Below are positions 1-16,029 of a stretch of DNA of 64,000 bases, in pieces. The notes below the pieces were generated by a model. It did no database searches, had not been told where the DNA came from, and saw only the letters and a list, made by a program, of their open reading frames with translations. Position 1 is the stretch's first letter; each line of letters starts with the position of its first letter. The stretch covers positions 65,658,001 through 65,722,000 of the forward strand of contig OX597832.1 in NCBI GenBank assembly GCA_951406725.2, in the 5' to 3' direction. The translations under genes were made by a program, and so were the position numbers. The stretch comes from Octopus vulgaris. Its lineage: Eukaryota.

Positions 1-111
1 AAGAAACAACCCATTACAGTAGCCTATTAATAACATGGACAACTGTTAAGCAATAACACTTTAGATTTAAAAAAAAATAAAGATTGTTACTGTACTGAAT
101 ACGAAAGAAGT

Positions 112-684
112 TTAATTAAAATTTGAATGATGATGGTGATGAATTTGCTGCGTAGAAGAAATGATGATGATGAAGCTGATGGCGGTTCCCTTTCCTGGGA
201 CACCTCTTCCACTTCTACGCAACCATAGTAGTGCAGCAGGAACTGGCTTTTTTTTGCGAGGCTGCAAAAACATTGTGATACGAAGTTGCTGCCGCTGCTT
301 CTTTTTCCGTTGAAATAGCATCTTGTAGGGATTCATGACTTCATCGACCTTTTTGCAAAATTGCACAGAACCAACCATATTGTCGTCCCATTCCTGTGAT
401 CTCTCTTTCAATTCTTAAACCAGGTTGCAGAGCTTGGTCAGCCGTTCCAAAGTCAAGCCAGTTTGATCAACAACTTATTCCGCTTCTTGCTGCTTTTCTT
501 CTTCTTCTTCTTCTTCTTCTTCTTCTTCTTCTTCTTCTTCTTCTTCTTCTTCTTCTTCTTCTTCTTCTTCTTCTTCTCCTCCTTCTCCTTCTTCTCCTAC
601 TTCTTCTTCTTCTTCTCTTCTTCTTCTTCTTCTTCTTCTTCTTCTTCTCCTCCTTCTCCTTCTTCTCCTACTTCTTCTTCTCCG

Positions 685-715
<31 letters not shown>

Positions 716-1270
716 CTCCTCCTCCTTCTTCTTCTTCTTCTTCTTCTCCTTCTCCTTCTCCTTCCTCTTCTTCTTCTTCTTCTTCTTCTTCTTCTCCTTC
801 TCCTCCTCCTCCTCCTCCTCCTCCTCCTTCTTCTTCTTCTTCTTCTTCTTCTTCTCCTCCTCCTCCTCCTCCTTCTTCTTCTTCATCTTCTTCTTCTTCT
901 TCTTCTTCTCCTCCTCCTCCTCCTCCTCCTCCTCCTTCTTCTCCTCCTCCTCCTCCTCCTCCTTCTTCTTCTTCTTCTTCTTCTTCTTCTCCTCCTCCTC
1001 CTTCTTCTTCTTCTTCTTCTTCTTCTTCTTCTTCTTCTTCTTCTTCTTCTTCTTCTTCTTCTTCTTCTTCTTCTTCTTCTCCTCCTCCTCCTCCTCCTTC
1101 TTCTTCTTCGTTGGCCAACTTCGTCAAGACTTCGAGGTCTGCGCCGGTTAGCGCCCAGGAGTGACAGTCTAATAACGCGTCGATATCTCCCGTGGTCATG
1201 TCTGCAAAGCTATCACTCTCAATGTTCGTAGCCAACTGCAAAGCATTCTCTACTGCGGAGTGTTGGATTT
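112..1270 (-). mobile_element. Tigger/pogo (TIGD-like) transposase C-terminal relic, interrupted by a trinucleotide expansion
   Basis: Minus-strand peptides SFADMTTGDIDALLDCHSWALTGADLEVLTKLANEEE, then GLTLERLTKLCNL and KERSQEWDDNMVGSVQFCKKVDEVMNPYKMLFQRKKKQRQQLRITMFL, resemble TIGD1/Tigger C-termini; stops present. Confidence 0.7.
496..1108. repeat. Compound (TTC)n/(TCC)n microsatellite
   Basis: Directly visible ~610 bp pyrimidine trinucleotide tract. Confidence 0.98.
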
Positions 1271-2080
1271 CGTGCTCGATTCATTGGTCACTTTCAGTTA
1301 TTGAAAGTCCACTTTATTATATTCTGCATCCAACATGTCCAAGTCACATGGAGGGAAATATTTTATGAGGTTTGTGGCTATGTTATGTTATGTTTTTTGT
1401 GCAACACACAAATGAAATAACAGCAGTCATTTCTTATATAGGGAAAGAGGGATTTATTTGTGATCATTAGAGTTCAGGAATATCCACTAATATGATTCAA
1501 TAATACTTTCTATATAAAAGCGCAGCACAACTAGGACAAACATAATCATATATTCTAATGATGTTGGGGCCTTGCCCCTTCGTATGAGTGAAATTAATAT
1601 TGTCTGACCTGAATATATTGGTGAGAAATAATATCAGAATTCCAGTAGATAAAATTCTTTCAAGAGAAGAACGGAGGTAGTGATAATGAAACACCTGGAA
1701 TATTTAGTGCACCTGGGGTCAAAACAGAGTATAGGAAACGAGATGTAAAAAAGTGAAACATAAGCGTGACGTGACATACCACTACAATATTACGAGGGAT
1801 AAACGACACTTTGGCTGGAGTGAAAGAGGTAAAGAGATAAGGTTTAGTATGTGGGTGGACAGAACCCTGCAACTATGGCTGAGCATTTGCGGTTGCAATG
1901 AAAGTAACTAGTGAAACACATCCTTCTTCGACTTGTACAGACATATACGAACACACACAGACAAAGACACATATACGCAAACACACACACTCACGCACAC
2001 AAACTCACAATAAAGCACATATACGAAATGTATAATAAATATATTTAAATATATGTATGCGTATATGTATATATGCACGC

Positions 2081-2112
<32 letters not shown>

Positions 2113-2191
2113 ATGTGTGTATGTGCATATTCCAGTATATATATCTAAATATGTACATAGATACATACATATATATACACAGCCACATATA

Positions 2192-2531
<340 letters not shown>

Positions 2532-3213
2532 TTAAAATTCTTCCGAGACTGAATTTGCTGCAATGACTGTGAGAGAAATAGTTCAAGTACTTCCTCATTT
2601 TGACTTGTGAACCAATGTGAAACTATTTGAAATTTAGAAACTTGCAAATGTTCTCGTAACGTGACTGAAAATTTTGTAATGATTTTCATTTCCAACTGGG
2701 AATAACAGCACTTAATTCAAGAGACGTAATGTCGTGGTTAAGTTTATGAAGTCTTGCAGCTCTAGTCAAACATTGAAGTGAGCAGTAAATTTTCAACTGA
2801 ATGCGCCAACATCGTAACACGTGGAACATATTCTCACGAGTTTTAGATAATGGGATCTTCTAATTTATTTCCGGAATTAAACGTTACGTGTTTAAATGAA
2901 AATTACCAAAAAATGATATTTCAATTCCGAATCAAAATGTGTCTTGAAGCTGCTCAAATCTATTAGGCTAACAAAAAAAAAAAAGATATAACATAAAACA
3001 AAACAAAGCAAAGAAAATAAAACAACGAATAAGGAAAATCACTTTTGTCGCATGTGCCGTTACTGATAACACTTAAGGGCAGTGAAATAACACGAAAGGT
3101 ATGTGTGTATGTAGATACTCGCACACACATACATGAATATATACATACTTGCATATATATGCATATATTTGTGTACATATATAAGTATATTCATATGCAT
3201 GTATAAACATAAA

Positions 3214-3268
<55 letters not shown>

Positions 3269-3300
3269 ATATTTAAATATATATATATAGATATAGATAT

Positions 3301-3364
<64 letters not shown>

Positions 3365-3413
3365 AAACAAGTCAAAAATAGAAAATGCTAAAATAATTTT
3401 ATAGTGAACATTT

Positions 3414-3451
3414 CAGTACCGGTTTCGGTCATTTTGAAACCTTTTCAACTG
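3414..3451 (-). ncRNA. Minimal type I hammerhead ribozyme motif (U3-A8 core variant)
   Basis: CAG-UUGAAAA-GGUU-ucaaaau-GACC-GAAA-CCGG-UA-CUG: stem I CAG/CUG, stem II, GAAA, palindromic stem III, GUA site. Confidence 0.7.
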
Positions 3452-4385
3452 TAACGATTAAATAATTAAATTTAGAAAAATTAGAAGAAAAGTTTTTTTA
3501 GAGGAATATTTCTATAGTAGTGTTCAGATATAAGTAGCATTCTGCCTTTCTCTGACTCCCTTGTTTGCACTTGTGTGTTGGAGGTCGTTGTGAGTTCTTG
3601 GTAGGGTAGTAGAGGAGAAGGCTGATGAGGAAAGGAGGTGGGAGAATCTGGGAGTGCCCTGATGGTCGTATTTTGAATGGTCAGTGGCGGCTGGCAGTCG
3701 CAGTTCAATTCAGGAGAATATTTCTATTGAAAGGCTTGTTTATAGAATTTGCGTAGGTGTTATACTAAAAAACATTAGTGACAAAGTTAAGGGGTAGAAG
3801 GTGGAGAAGTAGAAGAAGAAGAAGAAGAAGAAGAAGAAGAAGAAGAAGATGACGATGTTGATGATGATGATGATGAAGAAGAAGAAGAAGGAGAAAGAGA
3901 AGATGACGATGATGGTGATGGTGGTGATGGTTATGACGACGATGATGATGATAATGATGATGATGAAGAAGAAGAGGAAGAAGAAGAAAAAAACAGAGAA
4001 GGGAGAATATGAATGGGTTAAAGTAGTGAGGTGTTGTATGACTTGAAGTTGGCATGTTATGGATTATAGCTGTGATTTTAGCTGTGATTAGTAATGGATT
4101 CTTTGGAATGTAATATTTGTGTGTGAATATTTCTTTTATTCTAAAGTTGAGGTATATAAATTGTTTGTCGTAGACCCGTTTAGAAGTGGCCTGTATTTTG
4201 CAATAAAGAGAGTTTCTTTACTTATTCGTTGTCTCGAGGTTGTATTGTCCCTAAATTGGTAGAGGGGGAAAATCCTGAAGCTTGGTGTTTTTTTTGTTGG
4301 CGCAAGTATCTATGTGTTGGCTAAAAGCTATTTTTCTGTTTTGGGGAATTTTTATCTGGGATCTGTGCAGGGCCATTCGTTTACG

Positions 4386-4423
4386 CAGTTGAAAAGGTCT
4401 CAAAATGACCGAAACCGGTACTG
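4386..4423 (+). ncRNA. Minimal type I hammerhead ribozyme motif (U3-A8 core variant), inverted pLTR copy
   Basis: CAG-UUGAAAA-GGUC-ucaaaau-GACC-GAAA-CCGG-UA-CUG with perfect stem II. Confidence 0.75.
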
Positions 4424-4512
4424 AAATGTTCACTATAAAATTACTTTAGCATTTTCTATTTTTGACATGTTTTTTCATATATATCAACTCGTGTGTTCCT
4501 TTTCACCCACAT

Positions 4513-4575
<63 letters not shown>

Positions 4576-4929
4576 ACAAGATAAGGGCAAAAGAAAAATT
4601 CTAATGCCAAATATGCCGAAAAAAAGACTAAAATTTCAATAACCATTATAATTTATGCGTTTCGAAACAAACCGATAGAAGTTTCTAAAAAATTTTTTTA
4701 GCGAACAATATTATTTGCCATCCTTTAATAGGTAATTTAGCAAAACAATATCATTGCAAGGCGAATTTGTCGTCAGTAACCGGCCTTAATAACTAACTTA
4801 TAATTCCGAGACAAGAACAACTAGCCCGTCATTATGTGTTATAATTCCTCAAATGTCTGCGCGCAGGCGCATTTACAATCAGTAATAAGTACAAAACCGA
4901 GCTGAATCATCGAGAATATTGAGACGATC

Positions 4930-5104
4930 TTTTTAGTGTAGATTCGTTGAATTGCTTGGAGTTCTGTTGCTAGTTTTATATTGTGTAGTGACCATAGTTA
5001 GGAGCAGTAGTCCAAGTGGCTTAGGACGAAAGTTTTCCAAAGGACCATCAGTGTCTCCTCTCTTGTTCTAAAAGTTCGGAGAATCTATCCAGCTAGCCGT
5101 CTGC
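4930..5104 (-). mobile_element. CR1/L2-type LINE ORF2 internal fragment
   Basis: [36 protein letters not shown]...ELQAIQRIYTKKI aligns with ORF 46934..48280. Confidence 0.85.
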
Positions 5105-5209
<105 letters not shown>

Positions 5210-5210
5210 G

Positions 5211-5261
<51 letters not shown>

Positions 5262-5264
5262 ATA

Positions 5265-5324
<60 letters not shown>

Positions 5325-5327
<3 letters not shown>

Positions 5328-5612
5328 TAGTCGTATTTTTCTCACGTACTTTCACTACCGAGTGCCGTGGGCATGGGCTGTGGTTTCTTGAGATGCTCTC
5401 ATTTTCACTGTATTGAAAGTGTTTTACGTAGGATGTGTACGGTGTCTTGTAGTGCTATTTTCTGTATGTTATATATACTTGTTAGTTCTGAATATTTTTT
5501 TCATGATACATAATGCGTTTACTATGGTAGGAATTGTTTCTGTCGCACGACTCCACATTCGAGTTACCTTTATTCTTAAATCTTTGTATTTTGAAAGTTT
5601 TCTCGTTGTTTT
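5325..5612 (-). mobile_element. R4/Dong-like 3' fragment (family A') with (AAT)n tail
   Basis: KLSKYKDLRIKVTRMWSRATETIPTIVNAL...HILRKTLSIQ plus 3' UTR abutting (ATT)n at 5256-5324. Confidence 0.85.
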
Positions 5613-5880
5613 AGAGAAAGAGAGAAGAAAAATGTACAAATTATTTGTGTCTATATACACATATCAAAAAATATCGGTTACTTAGATGAGGAGATAATAA
5701 GCCAGTCGGTTAACAATATTGAAGTACATTTGAACCAGGGTGTATGGTTGATATTATTGGTATAATGACCCTCTCTACATATGCACATACACATAAGCTG
5801 GCAAATATTCCGTTTCTGAGGTACGGTTAATTGCTTATGAAATAAAACATGTTGATAAAACTTCTCACCGGATTTTAGAC

Positions 5881-5967
<87 letters not shown>

Positions 5968-6107
5968 TTATCCATCCATCTATCTATCTATTTATCCATC
6001 CATTCATATCTCTCTCTCTCTCTCCCTCTCTCTCTCCATATATATAAACATATATATATAAACATACATATGTGTATAGTTCCAAATATATATAAAATAC
6101 GCACGCA

Positions 6108-6160
<53 letters not shown>

Positions 6161-6638
6161 CCGATTGTGCTTCCGTCTATCAGATTCTGCTTGCGCCCGC
6201 AAGCTCTATAAATAGATACTTACAGAAGCCTCATTCACTTGTCAAGATACCTCTCCATACAAACAGTTAACTATTCACAGACGTATTCCTTCGTTTCCAG
6301 TGTTGTTTTTGAAATATTACTTTAGAAAAATATCTTTTAAACTATATGTATATTAAGATTCACAGAAATTAATGCTGTTAGCAAAAACGGAATTTCGGGG
6401 TTAGGTTATGATCACGACTGTTTCCGACAAGCGAAGATATAGATGTGGAAACATTCTCGCAATTATTCGGAGGCTATTTCTGGTTAAGACTCCAATATAT
6501 TGTCGCAATAGTAAATAAGTTTTACGCTCACTTCTAAGTTAGAACTATTAAATAAACTGTCACTTACAGTAATTTACAACGGTGCTGCATGTCGTTTTAT
6601 ATTATAACTTCTTCGTTGCAATATAGTAGATAATTAGA

Positions 6639-7722
<1,084 letters not shown>

Positions 7723-7772
7723 ATCATTATTATTATTATTATCATCATCATCATTATTATTACTATTATTAC

Positions 7773-7832
<60 letters not shown>

Positions 7833-7935
7833 TATTATTATTATTATTATTATTATTGTTATTATTATTATTATTATTATCACTATTATTATTATTATTA
7901 TTATTATTATTATCACTATTATTATTATTATTATT

Positions 7936-8760
7936 CAGTGGTTTTATTTTTATAGCGTGCGTTCACTCCACTACCGAGCGCAGCTCTGTTTGCCCTAGGT
8001 ATGTGCTGTGATTTGTTGTGATGCTCTGATGGTTATTGTATTGAAAGTGTTCTGCGTAGGATGTGTGCAGTGCCTAGTAGTGCAATTTTCTGTATGTTAT
8101 ATGTGTTTGTATGTCCTGGTGTTTTTGTTATGTATTTGTCTGAATATTTTTTTAGCATGCCTAATGATAGGAATTTTTTCTGTTTTCAGATTCCACATTC
8201 TAGTTACCTCTATTTCCAGGTCTTTGTATTTTGAGAGTTTCTCCATTTCTTTTAGAGACACGTTGTCATCTGCCGGTATTGATACATTAATTAAAAAGCA
8301 TTTTTTTCTTCATGATCTCTGACAACTATATCTGGTCTGTTGGCCTTAATTTCTCTATCTGTGTGTATCGGCATATCCCAGAGTATGGTTGCTTTCTCGT
8401 TTTCTGTGACCTTTTCTGGTGTGTGCCTATACCATCTTTTTTCTGTTGTTATTCCATAATGTTGGCATAGCTTCCAATGTATGTAGGTTCCAACTCTGTC
8501 ATGTCTGTGAATATATTCCTTCTTAGCCAGACCTGGGCAGCTACAGATAATATGATTTATTGTTTCTTGTCCATCTCCACATATTCTGCAGTTACTTGTA
8601 ATATTTCTTTTCATTACATGTTTTTGGTAATTTCTGGTGGGGAGGCTTTGGTCTTGTGCTGCAATAAAAAATCCCTCTGTTTCTTCTCTGAGTCCTGAGC
8701 TTCTCAACCATTGCTGGGATTTTTCTTTGTCTATTTCTTTTGCGTTTAGTTTATCCAGTA
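7936..8760 (-). mobile_element. R4/Dong-like family A, 5'-truncated (~0.8 kb)
   Basis: CRICGDGQETINHIICSC, RHD, RPDIVV (ORF 8291..8827); 3' UTR as at 18324-18421; TAA flanks. Confidence 0.92.
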
Positions 8761-8777
8761 TTATTATTATTATTATT

Positions 8778-10474
8778 CTATGTTTGACTTTTGCTTTATA
8801 TTTGTACAAGTTGGCTCCAAGTCTCACCCAGAGACCTCAAGAGACAACAGGGCTGGAAGTTCATGTTGTTATTATGCCTAGTGTGCCATATATTTGGGGG
8901 GTGGGGGTGTTGTACTAATGAATGTCTTGAGATTACATAGGAAGTATTTTGCGTAGGATATGAGCAGTTCCCATGACCACTATCTTTTGAATTTCTGCCA
9001 TTTTGGGGTTTCCTGGTATCTGAGTTAGGTAGCTATCACCCCCTTTTGCTATCATTCCCAGGGCACCTATGACAACAGGTATTGTTTTAGTCTTCAGGTC
9101 CCACATTTTGCTGATTTCTATTTCAAGATCTTTATATTTGCTCAGTTTTTGGTAGGTCTTGACAGATACGTTTATATCGATTGGGACAGTCATATCAATG
9201 AGGAGGCATGTTCTTTGTTTGAAGTATTTCAATATGATATATGGCCTATTTGCATCTATCTTTCTGTCAGTTTGAATGGTGAAGTTCCAGAGAAGTGAGA
9301 TGTGGTCATTTTCAAGCACTGGAGGTGGTTTGTGTTCCCACCAGTTTTTTTCATGGGACAAATCCATGTTTTTACAGATTACCCTGTGAATATATTGTGC
9401 AGCTCTATCGTGTCTGTTGAGATATTCTGTAGGCGCTAGAAGACTGCACTTGGAGACAACATGGTTAATGGTTTCATTTTGTTGCTTGCATACACGACAC
9501 GTTGGACTGCTTCTGATCTTTAAAATGTTGGCCTGGTAGTTTCTTGTTGGTAGGCATTGATCTTGAGCTGCTATGATAAACCCCTCTGTTTCAGATTTTA
9601 AGCCAGAGGCCATTAGCCATTGATGGGTCAGGGCTTTGTCAACATCTGCATTATTTGCTCTCTTTGGGTATTTGCCATAGAGAGGTTTTTCTTGCCATTT
9701 ATCATTCAGAATATCTAAGGCCGCAGATTTAGCACGGGTTTTCATGCGCTTAGCTTTTTCTGTGCCTGTTTCTTGTATGTCTATCTCTAATTCCGAAATT
9801 TGTTGTATTGGGAATTCACTTAGATATTCCTTTGCCTGTTTTGTTACTGAGTATGATGCTTTCTTGTTTTCATGTTTTGAGACAAGTTTTAACATCCAGT
9901 CCTCAGAGTTTTTCAGATAGGTGTCTAGGCCAATTGTAGCAATCTTCATTGTTATTGCCAGTTGTAAAAGTCTACGGCCTCCCTCTTTTCTTGGCAGATA
10001 AAGTCGTTCTGTATCTGCCTTAGGGTGGTGCATTCTATGCATTGTCAACAGTTTTCGTATTTTTCTGTCAAGATTACATATTTCAGTAATTGACCAGTTA
10101 ACGATACTGAAACTGTAAGTACGACTGGTATGGCTAATGCATTGATCGCTTCGATCCTGTTTCTCGCATTCAGCTCTGTCTTGAGTATTGCTCTTACTCA
10201 GCGATAGCATTCTCTCCTGATCCTTTCCTTCATCTCTGAATGCCTTATTCCTTCTCCTTCAATTACCCCTAGATACTTGTAGTTCTCTGCTGGGTCTAAT
10301 TCTTTTATGTCATTCTGCTGGTCAAGGTTAACGTTAGATGTTTCTGTCATTTTTCCTTTGATAAAGGTAGCTTTTGCGCATTTATCGAGGCCAAATTGCA
10401 TTCTGATGTCATCACTGAATTGTTTGACAATCGCTAGTAAGCCCTTGAGTTGTTGGTCAAATTTTGCAAAGAGC

Positions 10475-10477
<3 letters not shown>
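8778..10477 (-). mobile_element. R4/Dong-like family B, 5'-truncated (~1.7 kb), frameshifted
   Basis: ORFs 10198..10401 and 8933..10210 match the C-terminal part of ORF 18786..20951; same 3' UTR; TAA flanks. Confidence 0.95.
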
Positions 10478-10550
<73 letters not shown>

Positions 10551-10568
10551 ATTATTATTATTATTATT

Positions 10569-10601
<33 letters not shown>

Positions 10602-10603
10602 GC

Positions 10604-10635
<32 letters not shown>

Positions 10636-10755
10636 TTGTTGTTGTTGTTGTTGTTGTTGTTATTGTTATTGTTATTATTATTAATATTATTATTATAATT
10701 ATTATTATTATTGTTATTATTATTATTATTATTGTTGTTGTTGTTGTTGTTGTTG

Positions 10756-10802
<47 letters not shown>

Positions 10803-10805
<3 letters not shown>

Positions 10806-11797
10806 TAGTTTTATTTTTATAGCATGCTTTCCCTTCACTACCGAGCGCCGCTCTGTGTGCCTTGGGTATGTGCTGTGATTAGTTGTGATGCTCTGATGGC
10901 TACTGTATTGAAAGTGTTCTGCGTAGGATGTGTGCAGTGCCTAGTAGTGCAATTTTCTGTATGTTAAATGTGTTTGTAAGTCCTGGTGTTTTTGTTATGT
11001 ATTTGTCTGAATATGTTTTTATCATGCCTAATGCACCTACTATGATTGGAATTGTTTCTGTTTTTAGATTCCACATTCTTCTTAACTCTATTTCCAGGTC
11101 TTTGTATTTTGAGAGTTTCTCCATTTCTTTTAGAGCCACGTTGTCATCTACCGGTATTTATACATCAATTAGAAAGCATTTTTTCCTTCATGATCTCTGA
11201 CAACTATATCTGGTCTGTTGGCCTTAATTTCTCTATCTGTGTGTATCGGCATATCCAGAGTATGGTTGCTTTCTCGTTTTCTGTGACCCTTTCTGGTGTG
11301 CGCCTATACCATCTTTTTTCTGTTGTTATTCCATAATGTTGGCATAGCTTCCAATGTATGTAGGTTCCAACTCTGTCATGTCTGTGAATATATTCCTTCT
11401 TAGCCAGGACTGGGCATCTTGAGATAATATGATTTATTGTTTCTTGTCCATCTTCACATATTCTGCAGTTATTTGTTATATTTGTTTTCATTACATGTTT
11501 TTGGTAATTTCTGGTGGGGAGGCCCTGGTCTTGTGCTGCAATTTCTTCTCTGAGTCCTGAGCTTCTCAACCATTGCTGGGATTTTTCATTGTCTATTTCT
11601 TTTGCGTTTAGTTTAGTCCAGTATTTCCCATGAAGGGGCTTTTCTTGCCATCGCTTTATCATTGTTCGTTGCTGTTCTATTTTTAGTTTGGATTCCATTT
11701 GTTTCATAGCTTTTGTTGTGTCTTCTTCTTCTCGTCTTCTTCTTCTTCTTCTTCTTATCCTTCTTCTTCGGCTTCTTCTTCTCCTTCCTCTTCTTCA

Positions 11798-11828
<31 letters not shown>

Positions 11829-12797
11829 CTTTTCTTCTTCTTCTTCTCCTTCTTCTTCGGCTTCTTCTTCTCCTTCCTCTTCTTCAACTTCTCCTTCTTC
11901 TTCTTCTCTTTCTTCTTCTTCTCCTTCTTCTTCTTCTTCTTCTTCTCCTCTTCTTTCTTCTTCTTGTTCTTTTTTCTTCTTCTTCTTCTTCTCCTTCTTC
12001 TTCTACTTCTTCCCTTCTTCTTCTTCTTTTTTATATTTGTTAGGTGGTATGATTTGTTGTTTGTATTTTCAGCATCCTTAAACACAGAGAACAGTTTATT
12101 GTTTTGCTCGTATTTTGCCGCTATTTGTGTCGGTTTTCTTTGCTTCTGAGGTAGATATTTTGCAGTCCTATGGTGGTTATTTTATAATAGTTTTCCCGCT
12201 GTATAAGTCCTTTACCACCTTCTATACGTTGTATATATATCCTTTCTATGTTAAATTTTGGGTGTTGCATCCTTGATCCTGTCATTATTTTCCCTGTTTC
12301 CCTATCTATTTTGGTTATTTCAGTTAGTGTCCAGTTAAGGATATTGTAGCTGTAACTTATACCTGGGACGGCTAAAGTGTTAATACCTATTATCTTGGTT
12401 TTAGCATTAAGCTCTGTTTTTAGTATTAATCTAACTCGTCTATAGTATTCTTTCTTTATTTTCTCTTTCATTTGTGTGTATTGTGTCTTATCTAGTTCAT
12501 GGATTCCTAAGTATTTGTAAGTTTGGCTTTGGTCCAATTCTCTTATTTCATTGGCTTTATCTAGTGTGATGTCGCTACTCTTAACTAGTGTTCCTCTTTT
12601 CATGGTTACTTTGGCGCATTTTTCTCAACCAAATTTCATATCTATTTCTTTGGCAAATCCATGAACTGTCTCTAGTAGTGTTTCCAGCTGTTTGCCATTT
12701 GTAGCGTATAGTTTTAGGTCATCCATATATAAAAGGTGGCTGATCGTTTTGCCGTAACATTTATATCCGCATCCAGTTCTATTTAGTATATCAGATA
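10803..12797 (-). mobile_element. R4/Dong-like family A, 5'-truncated (~2 kb), with internal (GAA)n expansion
   Basis: HLLYMDDLKLY, YKYLG, CCHC, KLSKYKDL across ORFs 12625..13026, 12121..12603, 11204..11707, 10900..11139. Confidence 0.95.
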
Positions 12798-12806
12798 TTA
12801 TTATTA

Positions 12807-12913
<107 letters not shown>

Positions 12914-12941
12914 GTTGTTGTTGTTATTGTTGTTGTTGTTG

Positions 12942-13017
<76 letters not shown>

Positions 13018-13039
13018 CATCATCATTATTATTATTATT

Positions 13040-13292
13040 CAGAATTTTTATTTTTATAGCGTGCTTTCACTTCACTACCGAGCGCAGCTCTGTGTGCCTT
13101 AGGTATGTGCTGTGATTTGCTGTGATGCTCTGATGGTTATTGTATGGAAAGTGTTCTGCGTAGGATGTGTGCAGTGCCTAGTAGTGAAATTTTTCTGTAT
13201 GTTATATGTGTTTGTAAGTTCTGGTTACAAACACATTTAACATACAGAAAATTGCACTACTAGGCACTGCAAACATCCTACGCAGAACACTT
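13040..13292 (-). mobile_element. R4/Dong-like family A 3' stub (13040-13224) with fold-back inverted copy (13225-13292)
   Basis: Family A 3' UTR and last codons; 13225-13292 is an imperfect reverse complement of 13149-13217. Confidence 0.88.
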
Positions 13293-13307
13293 ATTATTAC
13301 TATTCCT

Positions 13308-13431
<124 letters not shown>

Positions 13432-13456
13432 TTTACTATTATTATTATTATTATTA

Positions 13457-14852
<1,396 letters not shown>

Positions 14853-15756
14853 GCAAACTCTGGTTTTTCAATCACACACAGGTAAAAATAATTACAACTT
14901 AGCTCTAATGAGAAAACTAATTTCCACTCAGCGCTATCTTGGAACATCTGAGATGAATTTACGCACTCACTTTCTTAAAGTCGTCTTTGCGAAACCTTTG
15001 TCACGGTTTGTAGTCATTCTTCCAAAGCGACAACATCTTCGAAAACGTTACTTCTGTGCAATCAGTGCCAAGAAGCACATTTTAGATATAATTCGATCGA
15101 CGATAAATTGTAGTGAAAGTCTTTTCAAACCACACCTGGTCTTGGATTAGAAAGCATCTCGGTGCTCGTTGTTTAGTGCAAAGTAATTCTAAAATAACAC
15201 ATTCTCAAGGATGGAGTAGATTGAATCAACATTTTACTCTGCTTTGTCAAGGATAAATAAAATTTAAACAACAACAACAACCTAAAAACCAGAATCAACA
15301 AGAGAATCGAAAGCAACCAGAACGTCAAAAATAACAAAAGTCAATATGAGTCTGTTTTCCGTTTCATTTCACTTGCTTTTCGCCTACAGGGCTTTACGTA
15401 AATCCTTTTGTGAGACGGGTTTCTCCAACACAAAGAGTAGTACAACATTTTAAAATTCACAATGCAAGACAAAACCGAACAAAATTACAGTAGTAAGGAA
15501 AATTGAAAACCTTGCGATTTCCGGCAAGATCGTTTGTTTGCGACAGATGAAAGCGTCGGTTCATCTTTCTCTTTTTTCCCAGAGGAAATCTTCAGTTTGA
15601 AATTCATTTTATTATTCGATTCTTTCTCATAACAAATTAATTTATAGCCTTTTGGTTAGTCGCTGCAAGCCAGCACTGTTTCCTCCTCGATACGGAAGAC
15701 TTCGAATTGACTTGGCGTGTTTACATCTACTTGTCTACAGCAAGATTTTTCTCCAT

Positions 15757-15799
15757 GACTACTACCACTACTACTACTACTACAACTACTACAACACCA

Positions 15800-15849
<50 letters not shown>

Positions 15850-16029
15850 CACTACTACTACTACTACTAGTACTACTGCTGCAGCTGCTGCTGCTGCTGC
15901 TGATGATGATGATGGTGGTGATGATGATGATGGTGATGATGATGGTGATGATGATGATGATGATGATGGTGGTGGGGATGATGATGAGATGATGATGATG
16001 ATGATGATGGTAATAATAATAATAATGAT
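15757..16029. repeat. Compound (CTA)n-(GCT)n-(GAT/GGT)n-(AAT)n microsatellite
   Basis: Directly visible. Confidence 0.95.

Larger units (their letters stand above)
3361..4510 (-). mobile_element. Penelope-like element 3' fragment (GIY-YIG C-terminus) with inverted partial pLTR, embedded in (TA)n
   Basis: Minus-strand RMALHRSQIKIPQNRKIAFSQHIDTC..(frameshift)..FPLYQFRDNTTSRQRISKETLFIAKYRPLLN at ~4175-4380; inverted repeat 3361-3451 vs 4386-4477; (TA)n on both sides. Confidence 0.8.

Noticed and set aside
396-1241. Long overlapping ORFs of poly-L/F/S/P/E
   Set aside because: Stop-free translations of a trinucleotide tract; only the flanks carry transposase-like sequence
4650-4782. Possible hammerhead on minus strand (CUGACGA ... 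GAAACGCAUA) next to (TA)n
   Set aside because: Could not pair stem I or a convincing stem II over the ~100 nt gap
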